From positions 682,001-746,000 of the forward strand of contig CDLV01000010.1 of assembly GCA_001244265.2 (NCBI GenBank): a DNA stretch of 64,000 bases. Direction: 5' to 3'. Under the pieces are notes generated by a model. The model was not told the origin of the DNA and searched no databases. It worked only from the letters and a program-made list of their open reading frames with translations. This DNA comes from Microbotryum violaceum. Lineage: Eukaryota. Below are positions 35,190 through 47,086 of this stretch, one piece after another (position 1 is the first letter of the stretch; each line of letters starts with the position of its first letter). The position numbers and the translations under genes were made by a program.

Positions 35190-37783
35190 AGTAATCATGA
35201 TCGGTAATAGAAGTGGGATGAAACAGCAATATACACTCTGACAGTCCCTCCAAGCGTGAGCCTCGACGGTGCAGACAAGCGCACACAGATCACCTTCACG
35301 GGGATGGTGTGTGCAAATCGCCCGGGGTGCCCATGGACAGTCACGGGGAGTGGCTTCGGAGATCCTTCGGCGCACTTGCGACCGGTTAAAAGCCCCTCTC
35401 GGACATCCGCATAAAATCGACTGTAATCGGGCAGGTCAAGAAAGTTCTCCCAAGCGGTTCGCCCCCTGTGCATTTTCCCAATGACTGCAAACACGCTTGT
35501 CAGCCCAATCATCAGATCCTGGAGCCTACAAAAGCAAAAATGTAAATTACTACTTACACCTTGGGGATGATTAACTGGTGGTGGATGAAGACCACCTGCG
35601 GCTTCGCCGTTAGGTTTGGCATGTTGACTTCGATCGCTGGCCGGGCCGGGTGAGGATGAGAAAAGGGAAGGAGTCAGGTTTCTGCAACGGATTCGATACA
35701 AGAGATACCACGGCTTACATTGACCGTTCCCCAAGTTCCACGCCGTTGCCGCATGTTCAGACAACAAGCATCGCAACTTGGACTCCATGCCCTGAGTCGC
35801 AAGCGCCTCGGACGTCACGAGCTCGAGGCCGATCTCACGGATCAAATGCTGCGGCTGCTGTCTTTCCGGAGGCAAGTGCTCGCGACTGAACGCACAAACG
35901 TGGCTCAACCACTCCAACATTCGTTTCACCTTCCCTTGCCTCACAATCATCGGTCGACACTTCTCTAGTTCGGTCAAATTAGCTTTAGCGCCGCAAAACA
36001 ATACGCACACATGCACTGTCGGCTAATTGCTCGACTGACATCGGAAGAATGTCCGTGAACGCGGCAGTATTCTGACTGAAAATTAAGGTATTTCCCGAGT
36101 ACACTTTTGCTGCGCCTTTAGGTCGCCAAACTTTGTAATCTTGTAGACGAATCTATAAGCGCGGGCCCGGGCAGTGACCAACACGCCTCACGGCTTCGCC
36201 GAACCACTCAAGCTTCGCAGGCTGAGCGGTCCTCGCCCTATACTCCTGCGTCCGCCCGACTCCAAGCTGAGATCCGTGCCGAATGGAATCAGTACTTCAC
36301 AGATGCCAATTTTCGAGTTTTCTGCTGCTTGGTTTGCTCTGAGAGGGTCTTCGGGCACGAGGCACAGTGGGTTGCGAAGAGCGTTCTCAAGTGCAAAGAT
36401 CGCAGCATCCTGGAGGTGCTCACAGATGTTCATTTGTGCTCTGACTTGCGGCCTACAACGTATGATTTCGAGGAATGGCGTGCTGCAATCATTGATCCGC
36501 GTGGTCTACATCGGCGGAACGACCTAGAGGGCCAGTCCATCTACTTCGCCACGGATGAGTCCTCCGTCCAATGTTCGCTTTGCCCCGGCTGTTATCAAAG
36601 CCTCTTTACCTGTAAAGCTGCGCCTATTAAGCCCGCTCGTTCAATGAGTACTCGTCTTTACCTGGCCATCGATCATCTGCCTCCCGATGTCAAGGCTTGT
36701 TTCTCAGGTGCAAGTCAGCTCGAACTGAGCCGTGTGTCGTCGTCAGCGCGGCTGTCATTGTTGGTCGCCGCTCGTCGTCTGACATCTTTTCTGAGTCGCA
36801 TTTTCTGTCAATGACCTTTCCTCTCGTTCACAAATCTCCTTGCTCAGCTCTGCTTGACACGACTCCAATGTTTTGTGCTGGTAGACCGTGTCGCGGGGTA
36901 CGCAATGCCGTCGAGGACCAGAATGTCATTGGCTGTGCTTCGCTTGAAGATGCAGCCGCTCTCACATGCTGGACAACTCTCAGTGCATGAAGACACTAGA
37001 ATACGCAAAAACAGTTCTCTAGCCCTTGATCGCCGAAGAGATTAGCCTTGCAAGTTGTGAGTCTGACAAAGAATCTGCAGTTGTTCCAAACGAAGTTTGA
37101 CGTTGGACAAGACGAGCTGTCGCAATGAGCACCTGATCACTAGATTGTCGTCAAGCGAATGTGAGGCAACAAATCTGTTCGGTCCATGATAAGTGTACTG
37201 TACTTGTTCGCCATGTTGGCAAGAGCGACTGCCTCTTGTCAAGCCAAGCTCCGAGATGCTGTCTAATGACTCGGCGTCGGGAGGCACGCCTATGACACGT
37301 GAACTGGGAGAGATCGACATCGCCGCAGGGTGGGTGGACACAAATGCCACTTGATGCCAATGACGTGTGTCGGACCGACTGAGCACCGTTCGTGACTGAT
37401 GAACTACTCCACGGTGGAGGAGGGCTGTACCATGAGCTACTGAGATGTTGATGTCCGCACACAGCTATCAGACGGGCCGAAACGCACGCCTAGTACAGGA
37501 CTTTGCACTCCGTGCCATTCGCCGCCGTTCCGCGCCGGTCTGTGCAGGTCTGTGCCGGCTTTTGCCGGCTGGCTGTAATGTTGAGACCGTCGTCAATTTC
37601 CCAAACTCGCCGCCGCGCTTCCCAAGCCGCCCCCTGGCGCTGAGATCGTCGTCAATTTCCCAAAGTCGCCGCGCCCCCCAGGCCCCCCCCCCCCAAGCCG
37701 CCCCCGGCGTTGAGATCGTCGTCAATTTCCCAAGCCCGCGCCGCCGAATTTTTCTGGATTCCAGCTCTAAAGAGCTTCAGGGA
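35190..37783 (-). mobile_element. Degenerate Helitron-like element X (DUF6570-like domain plus Rep motif relic) with an internal inversion
   Basis: Minus strand: ARARAYRFVYKI...GNTLIFSQ...LP...VCVLFCG...MIVRQGKVKRMLEWL and LVCTVEAH (Rep motif 2-like). Plus-strand inverted piece: AEWNQYF...CLVCSE...LCPGCYQSL...HLPPDV...SQLEL. 5'-TC terminus at 37783, shared with the copy ending at 13269. Confidence 0.65.
37580..37735 (+). repeat. Three subterminal repeats TGAGA(C/T)CGTCGTCAATTTCCCAA
   Basis: Copies at ~37582, ~37641 and ~37710. One diverged copy at ~13185. Confidence 0.85.
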
Positions 37784-38007
37784 TTAACGGGGGCAGCAGG
37801 CTTTGTCTCGGCTGGCAGGACTTGGCCAGGTACGAGTCTGCAGCTTTGCTGGCCACGATCTTGCGAGATTTCGACTTTGCGCCGTCGTACTCGGAAGTGC
37901 AGATGCTGCCCACGGAAAATGCGCCTCGGTACGCATCTTCTATCACCTTACCGATGCTCGAGCCCCTTATGGTCGTTGCAATGCCTCACAAACGCTCCAC
38001 GCAATGA
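37784..38007 (+). pseudogene. 3' fragment of a cytochrome P450 paralog
   Basis: NGGSRLCLGWQDLARYESAALLATILRDFDFAP...RYASSITLPM aligns with the heme region of the adjacent P450. It is cut at the element X terminus. Confidence 0.85.
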
Positions 38008-38820
38008 TACCGCTAAAATTGCTCTCTTTGCGACTTGTTATGAGCTTCGGTAAGGCCCTTTGTCGTTTGTCGGTGAAATCTCATATTGTACGCTGTTGCT
38101 CTCATTCCTTATTGATCGATACCAGATGAGCCAACAGCGGTTGCCCGGTGCCGAAGGCCACATAGCTATAGCGCCGATCCCCGGGCACGAAAAGCCTCAC
38201 CGCCGGGCGCCCTGAAATTTCAACCGTCTGAGAGTAGTAGTAAATCGAGGACGCTCTTGGTACTTCAGCCGCTTATGTGGAGAGACGAGTGGCTACATTG
38301 GCTCTTACTCGATCTCTCCCACCAAGTGGATGCCCGATCCCCTCTCGAAATATGTAAAGCGGAGCCGAGGCGAGGGCCGTGGGCGGCCAACTCATCGGCG
38401 ACTGCGACGAGACTTCGACGTTTGAAGGCACGTGATCGATTGCGAACGACCGGAGCGACAGCGCGCGTGACTCGGGGACTTACGACTCAGTCCGTACGCC
38501 ATCTGGCACCAGACGCCATCTATAGTATAATCAGTGAATCATTCGTATTGGGCGAGACCAGCTCTCGACTAGCACCCAGATAGCGCTTATCTGGAAGTAG
38601 AGTGAGTACAGGATCCTCTTACCCGATCGCCGACTCACGAGTGAGAGTGAGACTTGAGCACTGGTGAGTGATGACCAGGCGGACGACGGACGTTCCCCCA
38701 ATCGCATTTGGCCTGAAGCTTCCTTCCTTCGCTATTTTTCACGTTGGCAACATCCACCTATTTTCTCACCGTCGATGCTGTCTTTGTACTCCGTTTCCAC
38801 GGTTTAGCCAATCGACGGTC

Positions 38821-41080
38821 ATGCGCACTATCTGGTTTTCAGAATTCGAGGCCGAGCAGTACCACGTCGTACTTTGCGGGGTAGCGCTTGGCGTGCTGTA
38901 CCTCTTTTGGGAGTTTCGGGATCTGAGGGCGTTCGGCACTTCGCGTGCCAGAGATGATCTGTGGCGCATCCCAAACAGTTATCCCCTCATTGGCAATTTG
39001 TTCGACGCACTCATGAAGAGAGGTACGTTGCGTCGCGCGAGATTCGAGATGACCCTATCTTGACACCGATGGCCTTTCCCAAATCTCTGCCCCTCCTGCC
39101 ACCTCTTGAGCGCCTGATCGGGGAAGCAGAGCGAAGCTTGGAGGTTAGTTGGAGTATAAATCTTTTATACTATATTGCGACGCGATCAGCGTACTGAAAG
39201 TAACCTCTAACCCCAAACTCGCCGCAGAAATTCACGGACGGAGAAAATGAGAAGCCCGCCCATGCGCGATACAAGCATGTCACACTGACCGTGCCCTTTA
39301 TGCGCATTATCCGCCTCAATCGGTGCGTGAAAGACCTGTGTCTCTGCAGATATATATATATATTCGGGCTGATGTCAGGGCGATTTTTACCCTTGCTCGA
39401 AGGCCCGAGCACGTGGAACACGTGCAAAAGGTGAGTGAATTACAGAACAGCGCAGCGCGACGCATACGAGGCACTGATCGACAGTCGTCCCCTTTGTTTT
39501 CAGACCAATTTCGTCAACTATGGCAAAGGCAAAAAATTTTACGACAGCAGCAAGCAGTTGCTAGGGGACGGGATTTTCGCGGTCGGTACGTTGTTTGCCC
39601 CATGGGGTATCTCTAGAGAGTCGGAAGCCGGAAACTTGGGGCTGACGAAGCTTTACGCGGGTTTGGCGTGCGACGCAGACGGACACCAGTGGCTTGTGCA
39701 GCGCAAGGCGACCAGCAAGATCTTCAACGGTCAATTTTTTCTGAGTTCTGCGATCATCATGGGGTGCTAAGTCCGCTCTGAATCCCACAACAGGCAAAGC
39801 ATTTCGCGGCGTGATTACCCATTCGCTCGACCGCAACCTCAACTTGATGGCCCAGGTACTGGACCGCTACGCCCAGACAGGAGAGACCTTTGACCTGGCG
39901 GGCTTGTTCTTCCGGTTTACGCTCAACAGCTTCACCGAACTGGCCTTCGGATACGACATCGGAGCCCTCAACGCTGCCACAGACAAGCCGGTACCTTTTG
40001 CGACGGCGTTCGATTACGCCCAAGGGGTGGTCGAGTCGCGCTTCATCAACCCCTTTTGGAAGGTTACCGAGATCCTCACGGGCGAGGCACGCAAGATGCG
40101 TGAGGCTGTCGCCACGATCGACAAATTCGCGTACGACATCATCGATGAGCGAGCTCAAAACGGGTTGAACAGCGGCGGCGCCGCCGCCGCCGGGGAGACC
40201 CGCAGCAAATCGAGGGAGGATCTGTTGTCGCTGTACATGTCGATTCGCGACGAGCAAGGAAAGCCGCTTTCGCGTACACAGCTTCGAGATGCCGTACTCA
40301 ACCTCATCATCGCCGGGCGAGATACCACTGCCCAGGCTTGCTCGTGGTCGATGTTCCACCTCATGCTCCACCCCGAGGTCGTCGACAGGATTCGGGCCGA
40401 GGTCGAAGAGATGGGCTCGATCGACTACGACTCGTACCGGACGATGACGCAGACGAACGCGGCTTTCAACGAGGCGCTTCGCTTACACCCTTCGGTCCCC
40501 AAGAACCTCTACGTCGCGTTTGGCGATGATCAGATTCCGAATGGCGGTCCGTCGATCAAGAAGGGAGACACTGTGATGTGGGTAGACTGGGCCACCGGCA
40601 GGGACACGCAGCTCTGGGGTCCAGATGCCCGAGAGTTCAAACCGTCCCGCTGGATTGACGAACATGGAGAGCTCAAGAGGGAAGACCAATGGAAGTGAGT
40701 CGAATCAAGCCTCTCTTGGGAACAATACCCTGGATTTACTGAGGCAATGGACCTGTCCCGGGAAAAGATACCACGTTTATAACGGAGGCGCGCGGGCTTG
40801 CCTCGGACAAGATTTGGCCAGGTACGAAGGGGCAGGAATGTTGGCTACGATCCTTCGAAGTTTCGAGTTTGATTTCGCCCCAGGGTATTTGGACAAGGTT
40901 GCAATGGTTGAGAACGAGCGCACGCCAATGTACAAGACGTCGCTGACGCTGCCGATGGTAAGACTCAGAGACTGCTTAACGACGCCACTGGGCTTGATCC
41001 GGAAGCTGACATATCCAGGCACATACCTATCATCGTAGGCATCCCCCTTGAAAGTGAGTGTGAAGCGGAGACAGCACTAG
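38821..41080 (+). CDS. Cytochrome P450, fatty-acid omega-hydroxylase-like (CYP86/CYP704-type)
   Basis: N-terminal membrane anchor, LLGDGIFAV|DGHQWLVQRK, AGRDTTAQ (I-helix), EALRLHP, FKPSRW, heme motif YNGGARACLG. Frame is kept only if a 14-nt microexon at 39130-39143 is included. Confidence 0.93.
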
Positions 41081-41411
41081 CGAGCAATTGAACTGGGAAG
41101 CACCTACTACTAGAGTACAAGTTGCTGCCAAAGCCGTGGACGGTCCGATATTTGCCTCCCTCAGTGATATTCGGTGCGGTATACAAAGGCAGTCAACTCT
41201 TTTTCAATACAATCTGACGGAACCTTGCTAGGCCAGACCCTGTACATCTTCTCTACTTTGCTGTGGAGGGGCGGCTAATGATTACGTCGCACCCGAACAA
41301 CTTGTCTGAATGCGCCCAGCCGGCCTTGCCTGGCCGGCCGGCTTGGCCCATAGCCATAGATAGCCATGCCCCTTGTTCTCCTCCACTTCACACCACGCAC
41401 CGACGCTCGCC

Positions 41412-44400
41412 ATGTCATCGCCGGCCAAAGCCCGCTCCCCATTCAGACCAACACCACGAACTACCTTTGGTGCACGAGCATCTCTTTCGGCTCTTCCCAG
41501 CACGAGCACGACGACGATGAACAAGGAGAACCGTCGTTCAACATCGTCGACGGCCGTAATGACCGTACGCGGGCCCGGTCAACAAGCCGAAAGCGTATCT
41601 AGGATGGCCGCAGCCCAACGTAGCAAGAAGCGTGCTCATTCCCTCGGTGGAGAGGCACTCGAACAAGCGACCAAACGGGCCAAAGATTGGGACGTACTCA
41701 GCCCGGGAAAACAAGCGCGACGACGAGCGGTTAGTCCCTGCGAGACGCGTGTTGATTGATCCTCGCCGAGACGAGCGGCTGACCTCGTCGTCTTGCTACA
41801 CTTCAATGCGCGGGGATTGCGACTACCACAGATGCCGAGAAAGTCGGTACTACGTGCGATCCCCGCTGTCTTCGACCCCGTGCCGCCCGAGTCATCACTG
41901 TACTCGGTCCAGCTCACGAAACAAGCCGCAAGTCACACAACCGATCTTTCGAGCCTGTCGACCTTTGGACAGGCCAATGCGGCCCCGACGAGTCGCCGCC
42001 GATCGTCGGTCCGCCCGCAAGAGAACACGAGGGAGGACGGCGAAAGTGACGAGGATGAGGAAGGCAGTGAATCGATGGACATGGACTTAACCAGGATGGA
42101 GGGTCAAGTGACGGCGTTCCTCGATGACAGGAGAAATACTCTGGCTCGACGGGTCAGCTGGGCACCGACGGCTCACATTCGGTGAGACTACCTACGCACG
42201 TGTAAGCTCGCCTACCCTGCATGTACTGACGGGGTGGAGTCGATCCAAAATCCTGCAGCACATTCACCCCGGACAAGCCCACCCAGGAGGCTCAACATGC
42301 CAAAGCTCTCGCCCAGGCGCAAGCCGAGGGGCACGATTTTGACGACGACGAGGACGACTCGTACGCTGACGACACGGCGTCCGAACCTAGCATGGAGATA
42401 GTCGGGGACGAAATGACGGTCGCTTTCGCCAGCCATTTTGCCGGCTGCAACATGCCCGTGTCGGCTGTGATCGGCCAGGACGACGAGACCCTGAGCGACG
42501 ATGAACAAAGGTCTGGAAGCGGCTCGGACGGAGATTCGATGGAAATCGCCAACGCCGACGAGATCACGAGCGCCTTCGGTCAGGAGCTCGGAGCAAGGCC
42601 CTCAATGGCGGGTCGGCCCCGCCCCAGCGAAATGAGGCGCCAGGAGGATGCCGACGACGATGCGATCATGAGGGAGCTCGGTCTCGTCAAAGCCAAGGGC
42701 GCAAGTGCCGCTCGCGCCCCTGCGCGACCCAAGGGAATCATGTTTGCCGGCGTTCCATCCTCCGATGACGACGCCCCGCAAGCGAACGAAGAAGATGGCG
42801 ACAACGGCGACATCACGGTCGCCGACGGTACGATGGCCATGGACTACACGAGTGCCATCGGCCGCGTCGTCGCCGTCACCGGTGCGGGCGCGGGAGTCGG
42901 CACGAGTGCCCATGACGAACATTCTGATGATGAGGACGACGAGGCGTCGATCGCGATGGACCTGACTGGTCGCATGGACGTCACGTCGACGAATTTGATG
43001 GATTTAACTTCAACGAGCCTGCTCGACACGACGTCCACCAACCTCGTGGACATGACATCGACGAGTTTGATGGAGATAAGGAACCCGTTTCTTGGCATCG
43101 TTTCGGCCCCAACACCCTCGACCCCTCTGGCGCGTCAACGTGCCCAAGTTTTCGCTCGTCAAGTTGCGGCCGGCCTGTTATCCGCAGAGCCGTCCCCAAT
43201 TCCTGCGTCTCCCCGACGAGTCATGTACCCAGGCTTGCAACGCGTGTCGTTCGGGAACCGCTCACCCGGCCGAGCACTCGCCATCCCAGCCATCTTGGCG
43301 AGTAAGAGCCCCGCCTTGGCACCCCAGAGCCCGGCCCGGGTTCAGGCTCATGCTCAAGTGCCGTCGACGAGCAAGGCCACCACGGGCCCCACGGGGCCCA
43401 CGTCTCCTCAAAAACCCCGATCGCCTGTCAAGATGGCCACGACACCACGGTCGGCCACCGCCGCCCCAGCGGTGCTTTCGGCGTCCCGATCGGTCGGCGG
43501 GCATTCGCCGAGCCCACAGTCACTGCAAAGCAAGCTCCAACAGCAGCAGCCATCCTCGACCGCCGCTCGTGCGGCGTCGTTCAAGTCCCCCGCGCGAGTC
43601 AACTGGTCCGCATCGCCGGTAAACAGCCGTCGCATCTCGACAATTCAGCAGACTCATGACGAAGATTCGACTGGCAGCTCGTTCGACTCGGGCAACGAGC
43701 CCATTGCACCCGTGCCCAAGCTGACCTTGAACGACTTTTTCAAAGCCACGGGTACGGCCAACATGAAGGACGTGATTGCCATGACCGGTGTCGACTTGAC
43801 CAACCGACGCAAGTCCCTGGCGCCGGCTTCGTTCGCGTCTCGCGACGAGGAGTCGGGTGGCTCACCTTCGTTCGCGGATTTGGCCGTGACGGGAGGGTGC
43901 AAGTCGCTGTTCTACCAAATGTACCAGAACGATCAGGCGAGGCTGCAAGAGCAGATCATGGCTAACGTCGAGTTTTTGACCGCGATCAACGAGCGACTCG
44001 AGCACGAACAGCCCGGACTTTTCCAGCAGTGGCAATCCGCGACGGACGAGCAACGTGCGGCGCTGCAGGTGCAGTTCAACATGATCAAGCGGCACTCGCA
44101 TCTCGCAGAGCGCATTCAGTGGAACGAGTGCCGCACGACCAACTTGGATTCGATCCTGGACGTGATGGAGCACAGCCTCCAAGGGCTGCGCGCCGATAAC
44201 GCCGTCATCGAGGAGGCGTGCATCGGCTCCGTCATCCCGGATTTGCAAGCACGGCGCGAAGCCCTCCTGGCGGAGCTCCATGCCGAACGTCAGCGCGACC
44301 TCGAGCTTTCTGCGTGCAACCAGGAAGAGCTGGCTCAGGCGCACGAGTCGTTGCAAGAGCAAATGGGGGAAATGGACCGTCTCGACGGCCAGCACACACA

Positions 44401-45364
44401 GATCGCGTCGCAGCTCGCCGGTCTCGTCAGTCGTCTCAACGACCTGACCGACGAGGTGACGCTGGCAGCGCGCGAACGCGACCGTCTGCATCGCACGCTC
44501 GAGGACGGTCGATGCTTCACCAAGGCTGAGGTCTTCCGCTTGCAGGCCGAGTACGAGGCATTGCAGCGACTGGGCGGGTGGAACTTGGATCAGTTTTCGG
44601 GGAGCGAGGTGCGCTTGACCCACCTCGACGAGGTCGTCGTCACGCTCACCCTGGGCCAGAAGCACGTTGAGAAGCTCGAGCTCGAGCTCGTACCGAACAA
44701 CAAGAGGGCACTCGGCAAGGACGTGACAAAGTTCCTGTTGAACAAGGTGCAGGCCAATGTCGATTGGGTGATCGGATCGAACGAGACCGATACGCAGTCC
44801 AAGCGCGCCAAGGTAAGCTGACACCCCCCCTCTCAGCAAAACAACTTCCTACCTTGCAAGCTGGCTGACTCCACCACTGTTTCGATCAGGCCGTCTTGCA
44901 ACGTATCGCCTCGTTGTGGACCTCGGTCCGTCATATCCGCCACGAGCTTCAACTGGTGCACCTGCGTTACCCCGTGACCTCGTCCTACGATCTCCGTCAC
45001 GACGTGCTGCGGACTGCGATCGAGATCCATGTCGCGTCGGTCCGCTCGACGTTCTACATCGTCTTAGAAATGACGGGGGAAGAGCTGTTTGTCGAAGACG
45101 ATCAAGGCAAGAACCCCATCGAGATGGAGTCCGTCGTTGCCCAGGTTGGGAGCGAGGTCGTGGTCAAATTTGGGAAGGGGATCGAGTGAGTCCTTGGCAC
45201 GAGGAAAGTGAAGGTTTCTTTGTCTACCCATGGCTGACCGATATTTCTTGCTTCTCTGCAGTACCGATACGCTCAAGTACATCATTCGCGAGCAGTTGGA
45301 TCAGGGTGGTCGAGGTGCTCTTTTAGCCGCATGCTCGGACGCCGAGAGCAAATACACTGCTTGA
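41412..45364 (+). CDS. SPC105: Kinetochore scaffold Spc105/Spc7/KNL1
   Basis: PP1-docking-like RKSVLR and RRVSW, multiple MELT-like motifs (MDLT, MDYT, MDVT), LTLNDFFKATG, a coiled coil and an RWD-like C-terminus. Confidence 0.88.
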
Positions 45365-45555
45365 AACGGCGCTTGACGGCAGAAGCTCGGGGAGGTATCT
45401 GGGTTTGAGCGGGGGGAAGATTTTGAATGATTGGTCATTTCGGGACTTTACGTTGTATAACTACTACATATTTATTGTCAGAGTGTTGGAATCTTAGTTC
45501 CCGAGTTGTTCACAGAGTAGGCTCGGATCTTTCTTGTCAGTGGAATCAACAGTGC

Positions 45556-46701
45556 TTAAATCTTGGGCGGGTCCTTGTACGTGCCTTCAATCTTGTCGTT
45601 AAAGCGGATCGATACGGAGCTGAAGGGATCTCGTCGAGGGTCAGCTGCAGGTTCGGCTCGTTCAACACGTCCAGAGTCGCCCGCACGACTTACTTGACGC
45701 AGGCACGCTCATCGGTGGGGGTGTTGAACCCTTCTCCTTTCTGCAGGTAAGGTAACAGATAGTGGTACGAGATCACGGGAGTTAGTCAGTTTCCCCGAGC
45801 ATGACTGTCGGCTTGAGCGTGCAAAGAAGGTGGCGGACGTACGAAAATATGACCGAGGTGACCACCACAGCTGGAGCATACGATCTCGGTGCGTTCCATC
45901 CCCCAAGACTTGTCGGTGAATCGGGTCACGGCACCCGGAATGGCCTGTTTGTAGGTGATCAGATCGTGGAGAGAGTAAGGCCCTCGTCAGTCAAGTGGGG
46001 TGAACGTTGGTCGGAGGAGAATGATCTTGACTACTGACGTCGAAAAACGCGGGCCATCCACAACCCGACTTGAACTTGGTATCGGCGGTGTCTGGCAAAG
46101 GAAGGCGCAGAAGGTGAGCGAACGGGTGATGTACACGTGGTCCCACGCGTGAACTCACACAGAGGAGTGCCACAGCCGGCACACTCATATACACCCTTGT
46201 CGGCGAAATGCTTGTCCAACTCTCCCGAGCCGGCCATCTCGGTGCCCTTTTTGCGAAGAATCTGTTGGTGTCCAGCGCAGGGTGAGAACAGGAGTTTCAT
46301 ACTCTGGCAATGAAGCCATGGACCGAGCGTTGATGGTGCACTTACACGGAACTGCTCCGAGCTGAGCTGTGCCTGCCACTCCGCATCCGACTTGCCCTGT
46401 TGGTCAGAGAGAGAGCGCGCCCCACCACGAGCGAGACCGAGTCAGCTCGCTTCAGAGCTTCAGGCGCGGGGATCGAGTGAGTTCCGGTGCTTGCCTTGGG
46501 GTAGGACTCTGGCGTGGGTTGATCCTTGGCCATCCTGCTCGAGGTGCTGAATGCGTTACCCAGTGTGGAGAACGATGAGGTGGTGGAAGGGTGGCTGGTG
46601 GCGTAGTAGTAGCTCAAAGCCAGGGCCGGGGTCACGGTCGAGAGCAGCAGCAGTTGGCGGGGGCGCGATCGGAGGCTTGAGCTCAAGAGGCGACTGAGCA
46701 T
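45556..46701 (-). CDS. MXR2: Peptide methionine-R-sulfoxide reductase MsrB with a mitochondrial-like presequence
   Basis: EWQAQLSSEQFR|ILRKKGTE, GVYECAGCGTPL, KFKSGCGWPAFFD, RTEIVCSSCGGHLGHIF, ERACVNS. Multi-exon gene. Confidence 0.93.
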
Positions 46702-47086
46702 GCAGAGAGAGCCAAAGAGTGAGCTGGGAGCGTGAAAGGGTGGGCGGGTTGAGGCGGTGGGAAAGGATGAGCACTGCAGAGGCACAGCTCGTATGAGACG
46801 AGACCCGGCACCTGTGGCCGTCGGCGATCGGCCCGCGGGGAAAGAGCTCTCATTAGTCATCCTCTTCGACTCGGCCTCCGTTGAGGCGCACGGACCTTCC
46901 CGGACCGTCCTAGACACACGTCCGGTAACCCCGCCGATGATCTCCACCTCCATCTCCGCGCCCCTCGCCACACCCCACGACCCATACGCTCTAGCTCCGA
47001 TGGCATGATACGGTCTCTTCGCTCGACGCGCTCGAAACCATCCGACCACGGCCAGGACTTGATCTGATCGCCTTTGGACACTCGCA

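Noticed and set aside
37395..37485. CTGATGA...GAAAC as a hammerhead ribozyme
   Set aside because: GAAA does not follow stem II, and the homologous copy reads CTGATCA.
37580..37735. Spaced repeats resembling a CRISPR array (also 10963-11039)
   Set aside because: Eukaryotic DNA, only 2-3 units, similar spacers and no cas genes. They are TE subterminal repeats.
39100..39145. CCTGATC...GCGAAG as an intronic TPP riboswitch
   Set aside because: The CTGAGA and TAAT(G/A)CC core elements are missing. A branch point, acceptor and microexon explain the sequence.
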